DNA of 64,000 bases from Eledone cirrhosa (taxonomy: Eukaryota), in contig OZ024752.1 in the NCBI GenBank assembly GCA_964016885.1, positions 23,126,001 to 23,190,000 on the forward strand, read 5' to 3'. The number at the start of each line of letters is the position of its first letter. Position 1 is the first letter of the stretch. Shown here in pieces: positions 58,301-64,000 of the stretch. The notes below the pieces were generated by a model, which had not been told where the DNA came from, searched no databases, and worked only from the letters and a program-made list of their open reading frames with translations. The position numbers and the translations under genes are program-made.

Positions 58301-61300
58301 CTGTCATTCTATCTAACGTTCTAACAACTGTCATTCTATCTGACGTTCTAGCGACTCTCATTCTATCTGACGTTCTAACGACTGACATTCTACCTGACAT
58401 TCTAGCAACTGTCATTCTATCTAACGTTCTAACAACTGTCATTCTATCTGACGTTCTAGCGACTGTCATTCTATCTGACATTCTAACGACTGTCATTCTA
58501 TCTGACGTTCTAGCGACTGTCATTCTACCTGACGTTCTAGCGACTGTAACTTTATCTGACGTGCTAACGACTGCCATTCTACCTGACGTTCTAACGACTG
58601 TCATTCTATCTGACGCTCTAACGATTGTCATTCTATCTGACGTTCTAACCACTGTCATTCTATCTGACGTTCTAGCGACTATCATTCCATCTGACGTTCT
58701 AACGACTGTCATTCTATCTGACGTCCTAGCAACTGTCATTCTATTTGACGTTCTAACGACTGTCATTTTATCTGACGTTCTAACGACTGTCATTCTATCT
58801 GACGTTCTAACAACTGTCATTCTATCTGACATTCTAGCGATTGTCATTCTATCTGACGTTCTAACAACTGTCATTCTATCTGACGTTCTAATGACTGTCA
58901 TTCTATCTGACATTCTATCTAACGTTCTAACAACTGTCATTCTATCTGACATTCTAGCGACTGTCATTCTATCTGACATTCTAACGACTGTCATTCTATC
59001 TGACGTTCTAACAACTGTCATTCTATCTAACGTTCTAATGACTGTCATTATTTCTGACGTTCTAGCGACTGTCATCCTATCTGACGTTCTAACGACTGTC
59101 ATTCTATCTGGCGTTCTAATGACTGTCATTCTATCTGACATTATAGCAACTGTCATTCTATCTAACGTTCTAACCACTGTCATTCTATCTGACGTTCTAG
59201 CGATTGTCATCCTATCTGACTTTCTAACGACTGTCATTCTATCTGACGTTCTAACGACTGTCATTCTGTCTGACGTTCTAGCGATTGTCATCCTATCTGA
59301 CGTTCTAACGACTGTCATTCTATCTGACGTTCTAACAACTGTCATTCTATCTAACGTTCTAATGACTGTCATTATTTCTGACGTTCTAGCGACTGTCATT
59401 CCATATGACGTTCTAACGACTGTCATTCTATCTGCCCTTTTAGAGACTGTCATTCTATCTTACGTTCTAACAACTGTCATTCTATCTGACGTTCTAACGA
59501 CTGTCATTCTATCTGATGTTCTAACGACTGTCATTCTATCTGACGTTCTAGCGACTGGCATTCTATCTCAGTTCTAATGACTGTCATTCTATCTGACGTC
59601 CTAGCGACTGTCATCCTATATGATTTTCTAACGACTGTCATTCTATCTGACGTTCTAACGACTGTCGTTCTATCTGACGTTCTAGCGATTGTCATCCTAT
59701 CTGACGTTCCAACGACTGTCATTCTATCTGGCGTTCTAATGACTGTCATTCTATCTGACATTATAGCAACTGTCATTCTATCTAACGTTCTAACCACTGT
59801 CATTCTATCTGACGTTCTAGCGATTGTCATCCTATCTGACTTTCTAACGACTGTCATTCTATCTGACGTTCTAACGACTGTCATTCTGTCTGAGGTTCTA
59901 GCGATTGTCATCCTATCTGACGTTCTAACGACTGTCATTCTATCTGACGTTCTAATGACTGTCATTCTATCTGACATTCTAGCAACTGTCATTCTATCTT
60001 ACGTTCTAACAACTGTCATTCTATCTGACGTTCTAACGACTGTCATTCTATCTGACGTTCTAACAACTGTCATTCTATCTGACGTTATAACGACTGTCAT
60101 TCTATCTGACGTTCAAGCGACTGTCATGCTATTTCACGTTATAAAGACTGTCATTCTATCTGACATTCTAGCGATTGTCATTCTATCTGACGTTCTAACA
60201 ACTGTCATTCTATCTGACGTTCTAATGACTGTCATTCTATCTGACATTCTATCTAACGTTCTAACAACTGTCATTCTATCTGACATTCTAGCGACTGTCA
60301 TTCTATCTGACATTCTAACGACTGTCATTCTATCTGACGTTCTAACAACTGTCATTCTATCTAACGTTCTAATGACTGTCATTATTTCTGACGTTCTAGC
60401 GACTGTCATCCTATCTGACGTTCTAACGACTGTCATTCTATCTGGCGTTCTAATGACTGTCATTCTATCTGACATTATAGCAACTGTCATTCTATGTAAC
60501 GTTCTAACCACTGTCATTCTATCTGACGTTCTAGCGATTGTCATCCTATCTGACTTTCTAACGACTGTCATTCTATCTGACGTTCTAACGACTGTCATTC
60601 TGTCTGACGTTCTAGCGATTGTCATCCTATCTGACGTTCTAACGACTGTCATTCTATCTGACGTTCTAACAACTGTCATTATATCTAACGTTCTAATGAC
60701 TGTCATTATTTCTGACGTTCTAGCGACTGTCATTCCATATGACGTTCTAACGACTGTCATTCTATCTGCCGTTTTAGAGACTGTCATTCTATCTTACGTT
60801 CTAACAACTGTCATTCTATCTGACGTTCTAACGACTGTCATTCTATCTGATGTTCTAACGACTGTCATTCTATCTGACGTTCTAGCGACTGGCATTCTAT
60901 CTCAGTTCTAATGACTGTCATTCTATCTGACGTCCTAGCGACTGTCATCCTATATGATTTTCTAACGACTGTCATTCTATCTGACGTTCTAACGACTGTC
61001 GTTCTATCTGACGTCCTAGCGATTGTCATCCTATCTGACGTTCCAACGACTGTCATTCTATCTGGCGTTCTAATGACTGTCATTCTATCTGACATTATAG
61101 CAACTGTCATTCTATCTAACGTTCTAACCACTGTCATTCTATCTGACGTTCTAGCGATTGTCATCCTATCTGACTTTCTAACGACTGTCATTCTATCTGA
61201 CGTTCTAACGACTGTCATTCTGTCTGAGGTTCTAGCGATTGTCATCCTATCTGACGTTCTAACGACTGTCATTCTATCTGACGTTCTAATGACTGTCATT

Positions 61301-64000
61301 CTATCTGACATTCTAGCAACTGTCATTCTATCTTACGTTCTAACAACTGTCATTCTATCTGACGTTCTAACGACTGTCATTCTATCTGACGTTCTAACAA
61401 CTGTCATTCTATCTGACGTTCTAACGACTGTCATTCTATCTGACGTTCTAGCGACTGTCATTCTATCTGACGTTCTAGCCTCTGTCATTCTATCTGACGT
61501 TCTAACAACTGTCATTCTATCTAACGTTCTAACGACTGTCATTATATCTGACGTTCTAACAACTGTCATTCTATCTAACGTTCTAACGACTGTCATTCTA
61601 TCTGACATTCTAACCACTGTCATTCTATCTGACGTTCTAGCAACTGTCATCCTACGTGACCCTCTAGCGACTGTCATTCTATCTGACGTTCTAACCACTG
61701 TTCATCTATCTGACGTTCTAGCGACAGTCATTCTATCTGAAGTTCTAACGACTGTCATTTTATCTGATGTGCTAACGATGCCATTCTATCTGACGTTCTA
61801 GCGACTGTAACTTTATCTGACGTGCTAACGACTGCCATTCTACCTGACGTTCTAGCGACTTTCATTCTATGTGACGTTCTAACAACTGTCATTCTATCTG
61901 ACGTTCTAACGATTGTCATTCTATCTGACGTTCTAACCACCGTCATTCTATCTGAGTTCTAACGACTGTCATTCTATCTGACGTCCTAGCGACTGTCATT
62001 CTATCTGACGTTCTAACAAATGTCATTCTATCTGACGTTCTAGCGATTGTCATTTTCTCTGACGTTCTAGTGACTGTCATTCTATCTGACGTTCTAACGA
62101 CTGTCATTCTATCTGACGTTCAAGCGACTGTCATTCTATTTCACGTTCTAAAGACTGTCATTCTATCTGAAATTCTAGCCACTGTCATTCTATCTGACGT
62201 TCTAACAACCGTCATTCTATCTGACGTTCTAATGACTGTCATTCTATATGACATTCTAGCAACTGTCATTCTATTTAACGTTCTAACCACTGTCATTCTA
62301 TCTGATGTTCTAGCGACTATCATTCCATCTAACGTTCTAACGACTGTCATTCTATCTGACGTCCTAGCAACTGTCATTCTATCTGACGTTCTAACGACTG
62401 TCATTTTATCTGACGTTCTAACGACTGCCATTCTATCTGACGTTCTAACAACTGTCATTCTATCTGACGTTATAACGACTGTCATTCTATCTGACGTTCA
62501 AGCGACTGTCATGCTATTTCACGTTATAAAGACTGTCATTCTATCTGACATTCTAGCGATTGTCATTCTATCTGACGTTCTAACAACTGTCATTCTATCT
62601 GACGTTCTAATGACTGTCATTCTATCTGACATTCTATCTAACGTTCTAACAACTGTCATTCTATCTGACATTCTAGCGACTGTCATTCTATCTGACATTC
62701 TAACGACTGTCATTCTATCTGACGTTCTAACAACTGTCATTCTATCTAACGTTCTAATGACTGTCATTATTTCTGACGTTCTAGCGACTGTCATTCCATA
62801 TGACGTTCTAACGACTGTCATTCTATCTGCCGTTTTAGAGACTGTCATTCTATCTTACGTTCTAACAACTGTCATTCTATCTGACGTTCTAACGACTGTC
62901 ATTCTATCTGATGTTCTAACGACTGTCATTCTATCTGACGTTCTAGCGACTGTCATTCTATCTCAGTTCTAATGACTGTCATTCTATCTGACGTCCTAGC
63001 GACTGTCATCCTATATGATTTTCTAACGACTGTCATTCTATATGACGTTCTAACGACTGTCGTTCTATCTGACGTTCTAGCGATTGTCATCCTATCTGAC
63101 GTTCTAACGACTGTCATTCTATCTGGCGTTCTAATGACTGTCATTCTATCTGACATTATAGCAACTGTCATTCTATCTAACGTTCTAACCACTGTCATTC
63201 TATCTGACGTTCTAGCGATTGTCATCCTATCTGACTTTCTAACGACTGTCATTCTATCTGACGTTCTAACGACTGTCATTCTGTCTGACGTTCTAGCGAT
63301 TGTCATCCTATCTGACGTTCTAACGACTGTCATTCTATCTGACGTTCTAATGACTGTCATTCTATCTGACATTCTAACGACTGTCATTCTATCTGACGTT
63401 CTAACAACTGTCATTCTATCTGACGTTCTAACGACTGTCGTTATATCTGACGTTCTAACAACTGTCATTCTATCTAACGTTCTAACGACTGTCATTATAT
63501 CTGACGTTCTAGCGACTGTCATTCTATCTGACATTCTAACCACTGTCATTCTATCTGACGTTCTAGCAACTGTCATCCTACGTGACCCTCTAGCGACTGT
63601 CATTCTATCTGACGTTCTAACCACTGTCATTCTGTCTGACGTTCTAGCGACAGTCATTCTATCTGACGTTCTAACGACTGTCATTCTATCTGACGTTCTA
63701 ACAACTGTCATTCTATCTGACGTTCTAACGACTGTCATTCTATCTGAAGTTCTAACGACTGTCATTCTATCTGACGTTCTAATGACTGTCATTCTATCTG
63801 ACATTCTAGCAACTGTCATTCTATCTTACGTTCTAACAACTGTCATTCTATCTGACGTTCTAACGACTGTCATTCTATCTGACGTTCTAACAACTGTCAT
63901 TCTATCTGACGTTCTAACGACTGTCATTCTATCTGACGTTCTAGCGACTGTCATTCTATCTGACGTTCTAGCCTCTGTCATTCTATCTGACGTTCTAACA
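31340..64000. repeat. Right subfamily domain (type R) of the satellite, also present at about 21600-27720
   Basis: Diagnostic variants are GTAACTTTATCTGACGTGCTA, ACGATGCCATT (1-bp deletion), the 15-bp deletion GACATTCTATCTAACG, GTTCAAGCG...TTTCACGTTATAAAG, GTCATCCTA, CCTACGTGACC and (G/C/T)AGTTCTAATG. I did not see the 25-bp monomer after about 37160 or the 23-bp monomer after about 29320. Confidence 0.75.
40820..59600. repeat. Irregular higher-order repeat: five copies of a block of about 1.58 kb (starts 42531, 46034, 50373, 54174, 57973) in units of 3503, 4339, 3801 and 3799 bp
   Basis: Near-identical 525/534-aa + ORFs (the 50373 copy extends to 786 aa) and 453/462-aa - ORFs recur at these positions. 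Flanking blocks also recur (41359/44889/49228/53083, 44323/48662, 47611/55751/59577/60911). Confidence 0.88.

Larger units (their letters stand above)
1..64000. repeat. 27-bp tandem satellite/minisatellite array, consensus ACTGTCATTCTATCTGACGTTCTA(A/G)CG, about 2,370 head-to-tail monomers, extending beyond both window edges
   Basis: The monomer is visible on every line from 1 to 64000. The 9-aa periodicity of all ORFs (TVILSDVLT, MTVVRTSDR) matches 27 bp. I saw no non-repeat interruption or inversion. Copy number is estimated as 64000/27. Confidence 0.99.

Noticed and set aside
61695-61712. Odd monomer ACTGTTCATCTATC (shifted T) as a possible insertion or junction
   Set aside because: It is a single compensated 1-bp shift that I did not see in paralogous blocks (about 52630, 56565, 63623). 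It is a private mutation or consensus error with no foreign sequence.
1-64000. CRISPR array (repeat length in the CRISPR range, weak dyad)
   Set aside because: Monomers are directly adjacent with no unique spacers, and there is no leader or cas gene.
1-64000. Telomerase-synthesised long telomeric repeat
   Set aside because: There is no G-rich strand motif. Variants are inherited in kilobase-scale duplicated blocks, which indicates recombinational amplification and not templated addition. No chromosome end is visible.
1-64000. Diversity-generating or antigenic-variation cassette system, or information encoded in variant order
   Set aside because: No recombinase, reverse transcriptase, expression site or unique flank is present in the window. 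Variant order is accounted for by nested duplications.
1-64000. Purely synthetic or artefactual sequence
   Set aside because: Hierarchical duplications with private SNPs, microhomology-bounded deletions and CpG-type variants look like natural satellite evolution. Exact copy number and block order could still be misassembled.

Overview
The whole 64 kb window is one uninterrupted, single-orientation tandem satellite array of about 2,370 copies of a 27-bp monomer, consensus ACTGTCATTCTATCTGACGTTCTA(A/G)CG (41% GC). I found no unique sequence, credible gene, RNA gene, transposon or CRISPR spacer. Every ORF in the track is a translation of the monomer: TVILSDVL(T/A) on the + strand and MTVVRTSDR on the - strand. 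The structure of interest is internal. (1) The monomer has a C every 4 bp (CTGT-CATT-CTAT-CTGA-CGTT-CTAA-CGA) and two related 12/15-bp halves, suggesting descent from a GATA/GACA-type tetranucleotide microsatellite. (2) Two variant subfamilies occupy the left and right of the window. (3) There are nested higher-order repeats with offsets of 1480, 1938, 3243, about 3500-4340, 3734 and 9734 bp. (4) Many common variants are CpG transitions, suggesting a methylating, probably eukaryotic, host. (5) A chain of + strand ORFs joined by TAATG stop/start overlaps mimics an operon but is most simply explained by one amplified 26-bp variant monomer. Boundaries were read by eye and from ORF-coordinate offsets, so they are approximate. 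The organism cannot be identified from this sequence.
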